DNA of 14,168 nt from Candidatus Aenigmatarchaeota archaeon (GTDB lineage Archaea; Aenigmatarchaeota; Aenigmatarchaeia; Aenigmatarchaeales; JACQIB01). Made by a program: the position numbers and the translations under genes. The stretch lies in contig JBHIDR010000020.1 of the NCBI GenBank assembly GCA_046760225.1, forward strand, positions 1 to 14,168, in the 5' to 3' direction. Below the pieces are notes generated by a model. It was not told the DNA's origin, did not search any database, and saw only the letters and a list, made by a program, of their open reading frames with translations. This document shows, piece after piece, positions 14,063-14,168 of this stretch; position 1 is the stretch's first letter, and every line of letters starts with the position of its first letter.

Positions 14063-14093
14063 AGCAAAGCCTGGAAACTGCGCAGGGCTTAAG

Positions 14094-14133
14094 CTCACGT
14101 AGCTTAAGAATTGAGCTTATGCTGTGATAAGAA
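14094..14133 (+). other. tRNA-Leu intron at 37/38 (40 nt)
   Basis: Perfect BHB: CAGGG/CCCTG, CTTA 14088-14091/TAAG 14128-14131, bulges AG|C and AA|A, intron helix TCAC/GTGA. Confidence 0.93.
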
Positions 14134-14168
14134 ACCCTGTCCCTTAGTGGGTCCGAGAGTTCAAAGGA

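Larger units (their letters stand above)
14041..14168 (+). tRNA. tRNA-Leu(UAA), cut off by the window end, with at least three introns (8/9: 14049-14062; 37/38: 14094-14133; 59/60: 14166 to end)
   Basis: Spliced GCGGGGG T|A GCA AAGCCTGGAAAC TGC G CAGGG CTTAAG|A CCCTG TCCC-TTAGT-GGGTCC GAGAG TTCAAA|. GGA follows where T60-CTCTC is expected. Confidence 0.88.

Noticed and set aside
1..14168. CRISPR array, rRNA, transposase/integrase, and the many antisense ORFs over ribosomal genes, secY, adk and rpoD
   Set aside because: No repeat-spacer periodicity or recognisable motifs; the antisense ORFs are shadows of well-supported genes.

Overview
Archaeal genomic window holding the distal spc-type ribosomal cluster (rps5 3' end, rpl30, rpl15, secY, adk, DUF106/EMC3-like, rpl34e, rpl14e, cbf5, cmk) and the rps13-rps4-rps11-rpoD cluster. 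Many accessory genes are interleaved: an isochorismatase, several hypotheticals, an AbrB/LAGLIDADG/wHTH protein, Trm112 and a radical SAM enzyme. A DPANN-like origin is plausible but is only an inference. The main signal is a very dense set of bulge-helix-bulge (BHB) introns, each checked by hand base-pairing. (i) A 38-nt intron splits the catalytic Asp codon of cbf5; its removal restores HGGTLDPRVSGVL and a 315-aa frame. (ii) A tRNA-Ser(UGA) gene at 9209-9474 carries FOUR introns (14/15, 30/31, 37/38, 59/60), has a 7-nt micro-exon, and its 37/38 intron resembles a box C/D guide for its own U34. (iii) A tRNA-Leu(UAA) gene from 14041 to the window end has at least three introns (8/9, 37/38, 59/60), and the first uses the 5' leader to build its splice motif. 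A free-standing double-LAGLIDADG gene lies immediately upstream of the intron-bearing cbf5, with its ribosome-binding site inside a ~127-nt hairpin; this suggests (hypothesis) collaborative homing with a BHB mRNA intron.
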